From Ekhidna sp. (lineage in GTDB: Bacteria > Bacteroidota > Bacteroidia > Cytophagales > Cyclobacteriaceae), in contig NZ_JAVKDX010000010.1 of assembly GCF_040223195.1 (NCBI RefSeq), positions 73,982-137,981 of the forward strand: a stretch of DNA of 64,000 nucleotides, read 5' to 3'. The notes below the pieces were generated by a model, which did not search any database, was not told the origin of the DNA, and saw only the letters and a list, made by a program, of their open reading frames with translations. Positions 54,256 through 64,000 of this stretch are shown one piece after another (the first letter of the stretch is position 1; each line of letters opens with the position of its first letter). The position numbers were made by a program, and so were the translations under genes.

Positions 54256-57200
54256 TTGAAGGCCAAGATAACGATATCGCAAGTTCGCAGGGTACTCTGG
54301 AAGGTTATTTCAGGTGTTTTATTCTATTCTTTGATATTTTTTCTTTTAGTGATGTTGCTCCTGCAGCTTCGCCCGGTTCAAACATTTCTGGCGCAAAAAG
54401 TTCTGGAGATTCTTTCAGAAAAAACTGATCACGAGATTTCTCTAAGCAGGGTTAAAGTTTCATGGCTGGATCAGGCCAGCATGGAGGAGATTCTTATTCG
54501 GGATAGGGAAATGGACACCCTGATTTTTACCAAAAGTCTAACGGTTAATTACCGGCTAATGGATTTGATCAATGGGGATTATTTGAATGTGCAGGAGATC
54601 GAATCCAGTGGGCTTAGATTGAAGCTGGTGAAATATGACTCTATGTCTAAACTCAACCTATCGGAATTTCTCAATGCTCTTAAGAAGGATACTGTAAAGA
54701 AGCAATCAAAGCCGCTTCATATCGGTCAGATTTCGTTGACAGACCTTGACTTAAGCCTGAGGGACATGACCAAACGGACAGATAGTAGCAAGCTCGATTT
54801 TGGCAATCTGAAATTTGATATCCCCGATCTACTTGTTTCGGAGCTGGAGCTGAAATCAGATACCATCCTGGCCAACATTCTTCAAATGAGAGGGGTGGAG
54901 CAGTATTCTGGATTTAGCATCTCTGATTTCAATACCAAAATGAGGCTCAGCAATCAATCGCTTAGTGTGGATGATCTGAACTTTATCACCCCAACGAGTC
55001 ACATTTCAGATAGTCTTGAGTTCTTCTACAATGGATTGGATGATTTTGGAAGTTTTGTGGATAGTGTCTCATTCATTCTTCATTTCAAAAAATCTAAAAT
55101 CTCACAAAAGGATTTTAAAACCGTGACAGGCCTGGATCAAATTAAATCTGACATAACCATCGATGGAGTCATATGGGGCACGGTGGGGGACTTTAATATT
55201 GAGGATACGCGCTTTGGATATGGCAATTCTTATTTTGTAGGAGGGGTGAGCTGTTTTGGATTACCGGATATTTCGCAAACTTTCATCCTGGCAGACCTTA
55301 CTGATTCCCACGTGCTATCTTCAGACCTTCAACCCTACATTGGTAAATACTCCAGCAACCTGGAGCGCATGGGTAAGATTGACTTCACTGGGAGCTTTGC
55401 CGGATTTGTAAAGGACTTTGTCGCCCGTGGAGATTTTGTGACGGACCAGGGTTCTGTGCACACGGACATCAACCTCAAAATCCCCGATGATCCCACACAA
55501 ATGTCTTATGCCGGAAATCTCGAGTTTAAGGATGTGAACGTGGGGGCTTTTTTCAGGAACCAGGTTATTCAAAAAATAAATTTGAAAGCTTCCATCAATG
55601 GAAAGGGGATCAGGCCTGATAATGCAGATTTTGACTTGGATGCACTCATCTACCAGAGTGGCTTGAAGGGCTATGTTTATGACACCATCAAAGCCAATGG
55701 AAAGTTTGCAAAGAACTATTTCAACGGTACATTTTCAGTATACGATCCCAATTGCAGGCTCAATGGCACAGCGCAGATCGACCTAAAACAAAAGGATGAA
55801 ATTCTTGAAGTGGATATGAATGTGGATGTATTCAATGCTGATGATCTCAATCTTACTGGCAGGCAAATTGAATCAAAAGGAAAAATTCAGCTTGAGGTGC
55901 ATAATTTGGATATCGATGATTTCACTGCAAAACTGGAAATAGATTCTGGGTTATTTGTCCTGGATGGAAAACAGATAGTATTGGACTCAATCCGGTTCAA
56001 TGCTCAGATCGATGAGGATAGCTCCAGAACAATTGAATTAGCATTTCCAGGCTTTAAGTCGACCGTGAAGGGTAATTTTAAAGTGTCGGATGCGATAAAG
56101 GACATACCTGCAATGGCGGCTAGCTATGCATCGGAGCTAAGACTGAGAGGGGACACAACCGAATTGGAAGGAAGTGGTCAAAGCTACAAGATCAATCTAA
56201 ATGCAAGGATTGACGACATTTCGCCTTATATAGACTCATTGAAGCTTCCTATTTCGATTGGGGGAAAAACCTTTGTGGAGGGTAGTTTTAGACAGAGTAA
56301 AAATGCCAATATTTCCTTCTACTTGGAAGCTGACACACTTTTTATCGGAAGAAATGAATTTCATCATCCCATCCTCGAAATAAACGGTTCCCAAGAGCTG
56401 GATTCTGATGGAATACTTACCAATTTCATCTTCGAATCCAGTGAGCAGGTAATTTCAGGTATGCCAAACACTCAGGATTTGCTTCTAGAAGGTGTATGGT
56501 ATAATGATAACATTGACCTGACAACTATTGTGAGCCAGCCGGGAACAGCCAGCGCACTCAGGCTTCAGAGTAGCTTAGATCTTATGGAAGACTCAATCAT
56601 CTTGAAAATGCTACCATCAGAGATCAAGTTGTTGGATGATGATTGGACGTTCAATCCCACCAATCAGATAGTCATCAAATCGACAAAGACCACTATTTCA
56701 AATTTTGAAATCTATGATTCCAGCGAATCAATTTCAGTGGAGGGAGTATATGCCGATTCAATCCCAACCTCCATTACAATAACTTCGGAAGACTTAAACA
56801 TGAACAAAGCAGGGCTTTTTTCTGAGGCGTCTATAGGAGGATTTTTAAATGGAAACTTTAGGATGTTTAGGGAAACAAGTACCGAGTCATTCAAATTTGA
56901 TGGTGGGTTTTTGCTAAAGAATCTCACATATGACGAACTCAATGTGGGCGATGTGAGTGGATCTTCCAGGTGGAATCCACTCGAGCAGAGCGTTTTTTCA
57001 AAGGTCGAGATAGAACGTGAAAATGTAAATGCGGTCCAGATCGAAGGTTACTATTACCCGCTCAGTGAAAAGGAGCAACTCAATTTTGATGTGAAATTTG
57101 ATGATGCGGATTTGGTGATGGGACAGCCGTTTCTTGAGACTAATTTTTCAAACATTGCCGGATCAGCCAGTGGTTCACTAAAACTTACTGGGAGCATAAA

Positions 57201-58758
57201 GAACCCAAATGTGATAGGGAATTGCAGGGTTCAAAACGGGAACGTCACCGTCAACTACCTCAACACTACCTATGGCTTTGAAGGACGGATCGACTTTGAT
57301 CCCAAAAGTATTCGATTGACGAATTTTGATTTGACAGACCGTAAGGGATCCCGGGCTGTGGTTTCAGGATCAATAAGACATTCGGGCTTTACCAACCTTA
57401 CTACAGATGTGCAGATCAGGGCAAATAATTTTGAGTTTCTAAATACCACCTCTCTGGATAACAAACTATACTATGGTTCAGCGTATGGAACGGGCACCAT
57501 AAATGTTACCGGACCACTCAAGGACTTACACATTGGCGCAAGCATTCGGACAGAGTCAGATACCAGATTTTTTGTACCGATCTCAGACGGCACCAGTGTA
57601 GGGCAGGAAGAGTATATCTCTTTTGTGGATTTTACTGATACCACAAGAGTAGAGATTGAAGAGAACTTCAATATATCAGGCCTCACACTAGATTTTGATA
57701 TTGAGGTCACACCTGATGCTTACTGTGAGCTGATTTTTGACATAAAAACAGGAGATATCATTCGTGGGCGAGGGCGAGGTAACCTAAAACTTAGGCTCGA
57801 CACAGATGGGGACTTCAATATGTTCGGTCCTCTCGAAATTACGGAAGGTGCTTACAATTTCACCGTTCCTAATTTCATCAATAAGGAATTTGACGTAGTT
57901 CCGGGGAGTCGAATCACCTGGTATGGGGACCCATACAACGCAACTCTGGATTTAGATGCGACATATTTACAACGGGCATCTTTTGAGGAGCTTGAAAATC
58001 CGACAGATCAGGATCCGACGGATTTGGCAAATAAGGTTCCTATTTTAGTATTTCTTCGAATCGAAGGTGGCATGCTTTCACCGCAAATTGATTTTGATTT
58101 AGAACTACAGAATCAAGCAGATGCCAATCAACATAACATTCCGCTTCTTTCACAGATTCGCAATGATGAGCAGGAGTTAAAAAGGCAAGTCATAAGTCTC
58201 CTTTTTTTGAAGAGATTCTCGCCTCGTCAGAGTTTCACCCTGAGTGGGGGCGGTAGTGTTGGTAATAGTGTAAGCGAATTCCTGTCAAGCCAAGTAAGCT
58301 ACCTGGTGAGCCAGATTGATGAGAATTTGGAAGTGGAAGTTAACCTCGCAGACTTGAACCGAGATGCCTTCAATACCTTCCAGCTTAGATTCGCTTACAC
58401 CTTCCTCAATGGCAGACTGAAGGTCACAAGAGGAGGAACTTTTGGAAATCAAAATGACAACAATGACAATGTGCTGAATGATATCGTAGGGGATTGGTCT
58501 GTGGAATACAGTCTGACCAAAGATGGAAGACTAAGGGCCAAGGTATTCAGAAACACCAATCAAAGAATTCTGATTAACGAAAATCAACAAAATCAGGAAA
58601 CAGGCATAAGTCTGAGGTTTGTACATTCCTTCAATGATTTGACCGAACTTCTTACTTTGAAGAGGGACGAAGCAATATTGCGAAGAAGGGAAGAAGAGAC
58701 CGAGCCAAAGGTTGAGAATGATTCCACATCTCAAAAAGACCCATCCAGTAGCTATTAA
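54256..58758 (+). CDS. tamB: TamB-like translocation and assembly module protein
   Basis: The 1500-aa protein has a single N-terminal TM anchor and a long beta-rich body. Its C-terminal region resembles DUF490. The start is TTG. Confidence 0.75.
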   Translation: MKAKITISQVRRVLWKVISGVLFYSLIFFLLVMLLLQLRPVQTFLAQKVLEILSEKTDHEISLSRVKVSWLDQASMEEILIRDREMDTLIFTKSLTVNYRLMDLINGDYLNVQEIESSGLRLKLVKYDSMSKLNLSEFLNALKKDTVKKQSKPLHIGQISLTDLDLSLRDMTKRTDSSKLDFGNLKFDIPDLLVSELELKSDTILANILQMRGVEQYSGFSISDFNTKMRLSNQSLSVDDLNFITPTSHISDSLEFFYNGLDDFGSFVDSVSFILHFKKSKISQKDFKTVTGLDQIKSDITIDGVIWGTVGDFNIEDTRFGYGNSYFVGGVSCFGLPDISQTFILADLTDSHVLSSDLQPYIGKYSSNLERMGKIDFTGSFAGFVKDFVARGDFVTDQGSVHTDINLKIPDDPTQMSYAGNLEFKDVNVGAFFRNQVIQKINLKASINGKGIRPDNADFDLDALIYQSGLKGYVYDTIKANGKFAKNYFNGTFSVYDPNCRLNGTAQIDLKQKDEILEVDMNVDVFNADDLNLTGRQIESKGKIQLEVHNLDIDDFTAKLEIDSGLFVLDGKQIVLDSIRFNAQIDEDSSRTIELAFPGFKSTVKGNFKVSDAIKDIPAMAASYASELRLRGDTTELEGSGQSYKINLNARIDDISPYIDSLKLPISIGGKTFVEGSFRQSKNANISFYLEADTLFIGRNEFHHPILEINGSQELDSDGILTNFIFESSEQVISGMPNTQDLLLEGVWYNDNIDLTTIVSQPGTASALRLQSSLDLMEDSIILKMLPSEIKLLDDDWTFNPTNQIVIKSTKTTISNFEIYDSSESISVEGVYADSIPTSITITSEDLNMNKAGLFSEASIGGFLNGNFRMFRETSTESFKFDGGFLLKNLTYDELNVGDVSGSSRWNPLEQSVFSKVEIERENVNAVQIEGYYYPLSEKEQLNFDVKFDDADLVMGQPFLETNFSNIAGSASGSLKLTGSIKNPNVIGNCRVQNGNVTVNYLNTTYGFEGRIDFDPKSIRLTNFDLTDRKGSRAVVSGSIRHSGFTNLTTDVQIRANNFEFLNTTSLDNKLYYGSAYGTGTINVTGPLKDLHIGASIRTESDTRFFVPISDGTSVGQEEYISFVDFTDTTRVEIEENFNISGLTLDFDIEVTPDAYCELIFDIKTGDIIRGRGRGNLKLRLDTDGDFNMFGPLEITEGAYNFTVPNFINKEFDVVPGSRITWYGDPYNATLDLDATYLQRASFEELENPTDQDPTDLANKVPILVFLRIEGGMLSPQIDFDLELQNQADANQHNIPLLSQIRNDEQELKRQVISLLFLKRFSPRQSFTLSGGGSVGNSVSEFLSSQVSYLVSQIDENLEVEVNLADLNRDAFNTFQLRFAYTFLNGRLKVTRGGTFGNQNDNNDNVLNDIVGDWSVEYSLTKDGRLRAKVFRNTNQRILINENQQNQETGISLRFVHSFNDLTELLTLKRDEAILRRREEETEPKVENDSTSQKDPSSSY

Positions 58759-58818
58759 ATGAGATTTGAAAATAATTCAATTGGAATTCGCTAACTTATA
58801 AGTGAAAACTCATAAGCC

Positions 58819-59217
58819 ATGAATTATAGAAAGTTTAGTCAAAACTACGCCAAAGAAATTGGAGGGGAATATAGAGAGTATGACGATACTCAGTCAGTGA
58901 TTATTGTACCACTTAAGCGAGGAAGGTTTCAGACGGTGACCGGTCACATTGTAAAGCATCCCGGCTACAATAGGGAGGTCATCCACCTTAAATCCAAAGT
59001 TTGTGAACTCACCTACGATATCCCATTTCAAGAGTGCCTGGAGGCATCCAAAGATTATCCATATACCAAGTTTGTAGTCGAGGATGGATTTTTGAAAGTA
59101 GAAGCCATCAATTTTCTGGTCAATCTTAAGGAAGACATGGTCAAGGAAATGATTACCGAGATCGCTGAACATGCGGATGATTGGGAATTAAAAATCACTG
59201 GTAAGGATATTCATTGA
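58819..59217 (+). CDS. Hypothetical cytoplasmic protein
   Basis: It is a 132-aa ORF with no motif I recognise. Confidence 0.55.
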   Translation: MNYRKFSQNYAKEIGGEYREYDDTQSVIIVPLKRGRFQTVTGHIVKHPGYNREVIHLKSKVCELTYDIPFQECLEASKDYPYTKFVVEDGFLKVEAINFLVNLKEDMVKEMITEIAEHADDWELKITGKDIH

Positions 59218-59225
59218 TATTTTTG
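59218..59225 (+). promoter_or_regulatory. -7 promoter box (TATTTTTG) for rnpB
   Basis: This exact TAnnTTTG match ends 5 nt before the predicted 5' end of RNase P RNA. Confidence 0.4.
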
Positions 59226-59229
59226 CAAC

Positions 59230-59578
59230 GCAAGCCGACTCATCGTTCCCCACCTGTTAGGTGGAGAAAGGAAAGTCCGGGCAGCATAGAGCAGCGCACT
59301 TCCTAACGGGAAGCGTTCCGCCTACACGCGGGATAGAGACAGTGCCACAGAAAACAAACTACCTCGCTTGCGGGGAAAAGGTGAAAAGGTGAGGTAAGAG
59401 CTCACCGGGCTATTGGTGACAATAGTCGCACGGTAAACCTTGCGCGCTGAAAGACCAAATAGGTTCTGCACTTGAGGGTAGCTCGTCCAAGCAGAATTGG
59501 GTAGGTCGTTAGATCTTATCGGTGACGGTAAGGCTAGATAAATGATGGGATAAAACAGAACCCGGCTTACTGGCTTGC
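59230..59578 (+). ncRNA. rnpB: RNase P RNA, bacterial type A
   Basis: Universally conserved elements GGAAAGTCCGGGC, GTGCCACAGAAAACA, GGTAAGAGCTCACC, GGTAAACC and ACAGAACCCGGCTTA are present. A P1 helix forms between GCAAGCC (59230-36) and GGCTTGC (59572-78). Confidence 0.85.
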
Positions 59579-59609
59579 TTTTTGTTTACAAAGCTTCAAA
59601 AATTCTAAA

Positions 59610-60767
59610 ATGGCAAAAATTCTTGTAGTGGACGATGAAAAGAGTATCAGGGATGCACTAAGCGATATCCTTACCGAGGAAAATTATGAGGTACTCACCG
59701 CAGAGGACGGAGAGGCAGGATGGGAAAAACTGGAAAATGAAAAGATCGATCTCGTACTCTGTGATATAAAAATGCCAAAAATGGATGGCATGGAGCTTTT
59801 GAGTAAAGTTTCAGGAGAGGGTCTGGATATTCCATTTGTGATGATCTCCGCTCATGGCACCATAGACACAGCAGTAGAAGCTACAAAGAAGGGAGCCTAT
59901 GACTTTATCCAAAAACCACCTGATCTGAACAGGATATTACTGACTGTGCGAAACGCCCTGGAGAGTTCTAAGCTAACTAGTGAGACGAAAGTTCTGCGCA
60001 AAAAGGTAAGCAAAGGCTATGAAATCATTGGAGAGTCAAAGGGGATACATGAGGTAAAGGAAACAATAGAAAAAGTAGCTCCTACGGAAGCCAGGGTACT
60101 AATCAATGGTGAAAATGGAACAGGCAAGGAACTGGTGGCAAGATGGTTGCATGAGAAAAGTGCACGGTCTAAGGCGCCACTTGTAGAGGTCAATTGTGCT
60201 GCCATTCCTTCAGAGCTGATTGAAAGTGAGCTGTTCGGTCATGAAAAGGGATCGTTTACCTCTGCTCATAAGCAGCGAATCGGAAAATTTGAACAAGCAC
60301 ATGGCGGAACGCTCTTTCTTGATGAAATTGGGGATATGAGCCTTTCTGCGCAAGCTAAGGTTCTCAGAGCTCTTCAGGATAAGAAAATAACCAGGGTCGG
60401 GGGTGATAAGTCGATAAATGTGGATGTGAGGGTGCTGGCTGCTACCAACAAGAACCTAAAGAAGGAAATAGAGTTGGGGAATTTTAGAGAAGACCTTTAT
60501 CATAGGCTGAGTGTAATGGTGATTACGGTTCCTTCATTGCGTGATAGAAAAGATGATATTGAACTGCTGACTGATTATTTTCTGGAACAAGTTGCCGAAG
60601 ATTACGGGGCTGCCAAGAAGAAAATAGATAGTGAGGCAATCAGCCAACTACAGGAGTATAACTGGACCGGAAATATTCGTGAACTTCGGAATGTAGTGGA
60701 GAGGTTAGTTATTATGTCTCAAGACACAATAACTAAGGAAGATGTAACAAAATACGTAGAAGCTTAA
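59610..60767 (+). CDS. Sigma-54-dependent response regulator (receiver plus AAA+ domains) with no C-terminal HTH
   Basis: The receiver shows KILVVDDEKSIRD and DLVLCDIKMPKMDG. The AAA+ domain shows GENGTGKE, LFLDEIGDM, REDLYHRLSV and GNIRELRNVVER. The protein ends about 25 aa after that last motif. Confidence 0.85.
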   Translation: MAKILVVDDEKSIRDALSDILTEENYEVLTAEDGEAGWEKLENEKIDLVLCDIKMPKMDGMELLSKVSGEGLDIPFVMISAHGTIDTAVEATKKGAYDFIQKPPDLNRILLTVRNALESSKLTSETKVLRKKVSKGYEIIGESKGIHEVKETIEKVAPTEARVLINGENGTGKELVARWLHEKSARSKAPLVEVNCAAIPSELIESELFGHEKGSFTSAHKQRIGKFEQAHGGTLFLDEIGDMSLSAQAKVLRALQDKKITRVGGDKSINVDVRVLAATNKNLKKEIELGNFREDLYHRLSVMVITVPSLRDRKDDIELLTDYFLEQVAEDYGAAKKKIDSEAISQLQEYNWTGNIRELRNVVERLVIMSQDTITKEDVTKYVEA

Positions 60768-60889
60768 GCGTTAGCCTGCTCAGTTTTTACTTCTTTGGTA
60801 TCTTCCTGAGCATATGTAGGGCATGTTCTTTGAGTACATGCACTCATTGCTAAGATAATTACTGCCAGAATTGTAAGTTTTAGTTTCAT
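60764..60889 (-). CDS. Candidate 41-aa lipoprotein (below the ORF-track cutoff)
   Basis: It translates to MKLKLTILAVIILAMSACTQRTCPTYAQEDTKEVKTEQANA*. An exact TAnnTTTG box (TATTTTTG) lies on the minus strand at 60935-60942, 46 nt upstream of the ATG. Confidence 0.35.
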   Translation of the reverse strand: MKLKLTILAVIILAMSACTQRTCPTYAQEDTKEVKTEQANA

Positions 60890-60997
60890 AAGCGGATTTT
60901 TCGTGAGCGAGCTCTTCTATTACTCTAACTATTTCAAAAATAGAAGAAATAATCTACTATACAACATGGATTTTGCTAAAATATTTCATCCTTTTCG

Positions 60998-61954
60998 CTA
61001 AATCAGCAAGTTGCATCCACGAATATCACTATTATCGAAACGACCCAGGACTTCAAAAGTATTGTCTACAATTCGTCCCAAATCTTTGGTTTCAATGAAA
61101 CAACACGTATCAATATTGGCCAGATCAATCACATTGATCCCGCCGGTTTTGCCATCTTCCAGGTAAGAAAGCGGATCATTGATATCTCTAATCAGACATT
61201 TAGCCCACTTTGGGAATTGAAAATATCCATTCCTTCCATAAGCCTGAGTGAGTAGTTCTGTCATTCCATATTCAGACCAGACTTCTTCTACACCAAAAGA
61301 ATCTCTAAGGACCTGATGCAGTTCAGTCCGGGTCATTTCCTTTCTACGTCCTTTCATTCCTCCGGTCTCCATTACTACCGCATTGTGTGCTGGTATCTTT
61401 TTTTCAGCAAGGTCTAAGAGTGCGTAAGAAACCCCGATCAATAATTTCTTTTCTTTGTTTTCTAGTAGATCAGAGATTTCTGAATCAAGAAAATATCCCG
61501 ACCCATCGGCAGCATTTTTTATGAAATAATCAACCATACTAATGAGAGATGAGTCTCCTTGCTCTTGATAGGATGGGAGCAAGGCCACAATTTTAAAAGC
61601 GGAAATTGAACCAAAAATTTCTTCAAAGTTTTGAATGGAAGAAGTTTGGTAGTGATTCAAATCTTTAACAAAATGTTTGCTTCTTCCGGTAGATGTGGTT
61701 CCGCTACTTTTAAATACTTTTGATTCTTTCCATCTCCCACTTTTTATGGTATGGCTTTTGAAGAATTCGATGGGGAGAAAAGGGATGTCATTGATGGCTT
61801 TTACTTTCTTGGGATTGATTTTTAGATAATTACAGTACTCTTGATAAATGGCACATTTCTTATATTGAAATTCAAAGGCATCTAACGAACTATCGACTAT
61901 GTTTTTTTCGTTTATCTCAAAAATCCTACGTTTGAATTCTTCCGCAAAGTTCAT
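60998..61954 (-). CDS. LuxE/PaaK-like acyl-adenylate-forming protein (acyl-protein synthetase family)
   Basis: The 318-aa protein resembles that family overall, for example in SSGTTS..SKHF. The assignment is tentative. Confidence 0.5.
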   Translation of the reverse strand: MNFAEEFKRRIFEINEKNIVDSSLDAFEFQYKKCAIYQEYCNYLKINPKKVKAINDIPFLPIEFFKSHTIKSGRWKESKVFKSSGTTSTGRSKHFVKDLNHYQTSSIQNFEEIFGSISAFKIVALLPSYQEQGDSSLISMVDYFIKNAADGSGYFLDSEISDLLENKEKKLLIGVSYALLDLAEKKIPAHNAVVMETGGMKGRRKEMTRTELHQVLRDSFGVEEVWSEYGMTELLTQAYGRNGYFQFPKWAKCLIRDINDPLSYLEDGKTGGINVIDLANIDTCCFIETKDLGRIVDNTFEVLGRFDNSDIRGCNLLI

Positions 61955-61988
61955 TAGGGGTAAAATGATTTTTTTTGTTTAAAGGTAT

Positions 61989-62873
61989 ATGAATCGATTT
62001 CTAAAGGTTTTAAGTCCTCTAATAATTATCATTTTCATGACTGGATGTTATGAAAAAGATGTTTTCCCCGATACTCCAAAACTGACTTTTGAAGATCTGG
62101 TTTTTTATGATGGAAATTTGACAGATTCTCTGATTCTTTCATTTTCTTTTGAAGACGGCAATGGTGATATAGGCATCATTGAGGGGCAAGATGTACTCCC
62201 TCCATTCAATGAATTTGATGTTTATATAGATTCACGGGATACCGTAGCTAACATAGAAAACCTTGCTGATTTGGTGCCACCGATTTTTACGGCACCATTG
62301 ATCACCCAAAATTTCATTCCAAGAAATCTCTCTAACAATACACTGACTGTTGAGCCATCCGATTCTGATTATCCGATTTTGGCTTTCGCAAGAGAAATGT
62401 TCTCTGAAGATGTTAATGACATTCCATTTCTATGTCCGGGACTAGCAAATCAGGATGGTACGTTCTTAAGTAGTACTACGCTTACTTCCTATCAATTTGC
62501 TAGTGGAACTACAATAACATCATCAACCGGGCCTCAGGTAATCACTTCTACTATACCAGTAATTCGGAATGAGACTCACTTCAATTTTATCATCGAATTT
62601 CAAAGGAAGGTTGGCGAGTCCTACTTGCCCCTAAATTATCAGGAAATTTTTGGTACAGAGCTTTGTGATATTGGTGTTTTTAATGGGAGAATACCGCTGT
62701 ATGATCCTGACGGAAAAAGTGGAACAATCACCTATGCCATTCAGTCAACAGTATTGAGGTTGGCTTTTCAGGATGATGTTATTCGTGCCAAGTTCTACGT
62801 TTATGACAGAGCCGGAATCAAAAGCAACGAGATTTTTACTCCCGACTTTGTGTTGGCAGATATCACTCAATAA
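61989..62873 (+). CDS. Hypothetical lipoprotein
   Basis: The signal and lipobox read [13 protein letters not shown]. Confidence 0.6.
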   Translation: MNRFLKVLSPLIIIIFMTGCYEKDVFPDTPKLTFEDLVFYDGNLTDSLILSFSFEDGNGDIGIIEGQDVLPPFNEFDVYIDSRDTVANIENLADLVPPIFTAPLITQNFIPRNLSNNTLTVEPSDSDYPILAFAREMFSEDVNDIPFLCPGLANQDGTFLSSTTLTSYQFASGTTITSSTGPQVITSTIPVIRNETHFNFIIEFQRKVGESYLPLNYQEIFGTELCDIGVFNGRIPLYDPDGKSGTITYAIQSTVLRLAFQDDVIRAKFYVYDRAGIKSNEIFTPDFVLADITQ

Positions 62874-64000
62874 ATCGGGGGATAATCATGTGGATTAGCC
62901 TCTGAAATCAATTCGTAGATTTTATCAAACACATCTTCTACACTTGGTTTTGAGAAATAGTCCCCGTCACTTCCATATGCCGGCCTGTGATTCTTGCCGG
63001 CAATGGTGAGCGGCTTAGAGTCCAAGTGGAAGTAGCCATTATCCCTTTCCAGTACTTGCTGAAGAATATAAGCAGAAGCCCCGCCTTCTACATCCTCATC
63101 CACCACTACCAGACGGTTGGTCTTTTCGAGCGACTTCACGATGGTTTGTGGCCTATCAAATGGGATCAATGTCTGAGCATCGATCACTTCTACTTCAATT
63201 CCCTCATTAGCCAACTGGTTTGCTGCTTCCATTACCACTCTGCAGGTAGATCCATAGGTCACCACAGTAGCATCGTTTCCTGCCCGAAGGATCTCCGGCT
63301 CGCCAAGAGCAAGTTTAAAATCCGTCAGGTTATCGGGAACCCTCTCCTTAAGGCGATATCCATTGAGTGATTCGATGACTAATGCCGGGTCATCAGAATT
63401 TACAAGGGTATTATAAAATCCAGCGGCCTGCGTCATGTTTCTTGGAGTTAGCACATACATTCCTCTCAATGAGTTGAGGATCATTCCCATGGGTGACCCT
63501 GAGTGCCAAACACCCTCAAGCCTGTGACCTCTGGTTCGGATAATTAATGGGGCTTTTTGACCTCCGTAAGTTCTGTACTGGAGTGTTGCTAAGTCATCCG
63601 AAAGCGTTTGAATAGCATAAAGGAGGTAATCCAGATACTGGATCTCTGAGATAGGACGAAGGCCTCTGATTGCTGCACCTATTCCCTGGCCGATGATGGT
63701 GGTCTCCCTGATGCCTGTATCAGTCACTTTCAACTCTCCGTATTTCTCCTGCAGTCCGGCAAAGCCCTGGTTTACATCCCCAATTTTTCCAACATCCTCT
63801 CCAAAGGCGAATATCCGAGGATCGGTCTTTAGTAGATGATCAAAGCAAGCATTTAGCACTTCCCTGCCGTCTACCAATTCGCTGTTCTCTGAATACTGAG
63901 CAGGAATAGTCTCGATTTTCAATGCAGAATCTGCTGACTCACTGTATAGCTTAGAATTATACTGCCGGGCGTATATTTCACTTTTATCTTTTAGCCAGCT
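62867..64000 (-). CDS. 2-oxoacid dehydrogenase E1 component, probably a fused alpha/beta form, with its 5' end outside the window
   Basis: The visible part is the E1-beta-like transketolase pyrimidine-binding and C-terminal domains. The minus-strand frame stays open upstream of the listed TTG at 63922 to the window edge ([33 protein letters not shown]). Confidence 0.8.
   Translation of the reverse strand, partial: SWLKDKSEIYARQYNSKLYSESADSALKIETIPAQYSENSELVDGREVLNACFDHLLKTDPRIFAFGEDVGKIGDVNQGFAGLQEKYGELKVTDTGIRETTIIGQGIGAAIRGLRPISEIQYLDYLLYAIQTLSDDLATLQYRTYGGQKAPLIIRTRGHRLEGVWHSGSPMGMILNSLRGMYVLTPRNMTQAAGFYNTLVNSDDPALVIESLNGYRLKERVPDNLTDFKLALGEPEILRAGNDATVVTYGSTCRVVMEAANQLANEGIEVEVIDAQTLIPFDRPQTIVKSLEKTNRLVVVDEDVEGGASAYILQQVLERDNGYFHLDSKPLTIAGKNHRPAYGSDGDYFSKPSVEDVFDKIYELISEANPHDYPPIY

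Noticed and set aside
1-64000. I searched for CRISPR arrays, transposases or integrases, rRNA, riboswitches and sigma-54 (-24 GG / -12 GC) promoters.
   Set aside because: I saw no regularly spaced repeats, no recombinase-like ORFs and no rRNA. Candidate TGGCA-containing sites (for example 12650 and 59601) lie inside coding sequence or lack correctly spaced GC. This was a visual scan only, so weak sites could have been missed.

Overview
The window is a 64-kb chromosomal segment that looks Bacteroidota-like. Several secreted proteins carry type IX secretion C-terminal domains, TAnnTTTG -7 promoter boxes are present, many starts are non-ATG or overlapping, and Shine-Dalgarno sites are scarce. 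Most of it is housekeeping: uvrD, murI, nuoHIJKLMN, purF, thiL, accBC, efp, fabH, rpmF, pdxA, rsmA, mgtE, greA, ruvC, ansA, exbB/exbD, smpB, tsaD, tamB, tRNA-Ser(GGA) and RNase P RNA. It also holds a ParE/RelE toxin-antitoxin pair, an HTH-DUF2975 pair and a sigma-54 activator with no DNA-binding domain. The standout region is 1.6-6.2 kb. It starts with a frameshifted methyltransferase pseudogene. A 572-aa lipoprotein gene follows, trailed by an AT-rich array of three unrelated small multi-pass membrane proteins, one promoterless orphan copy of the lipoprotein's last ~160 codons, a truncated copy of one membrane-protein gene, and four further stop-terminated copies of the lipoprotein's ~30-codon tail. 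Nested direct repeats flank this array: 92 nt with a 35-nt perfect core, and 146 nt with 2 mismatches. The layout resembles displaced toxin/immunity orphan arrays (Rhs/CDI-like) or a silent-cassette variation locus, but none of its domains is one I can name. Lesser items are a NodC/NodB-like GT2 plus cytoplasmic CE4 deacetylase operon chained by ATGA overlaps to a PP2C phosphatase, a terminator inside the likely greA leader, and an unlisted 41-codon lipoprotein ORF. All calls come from reading the translations and sequence by eye; no searches were run.
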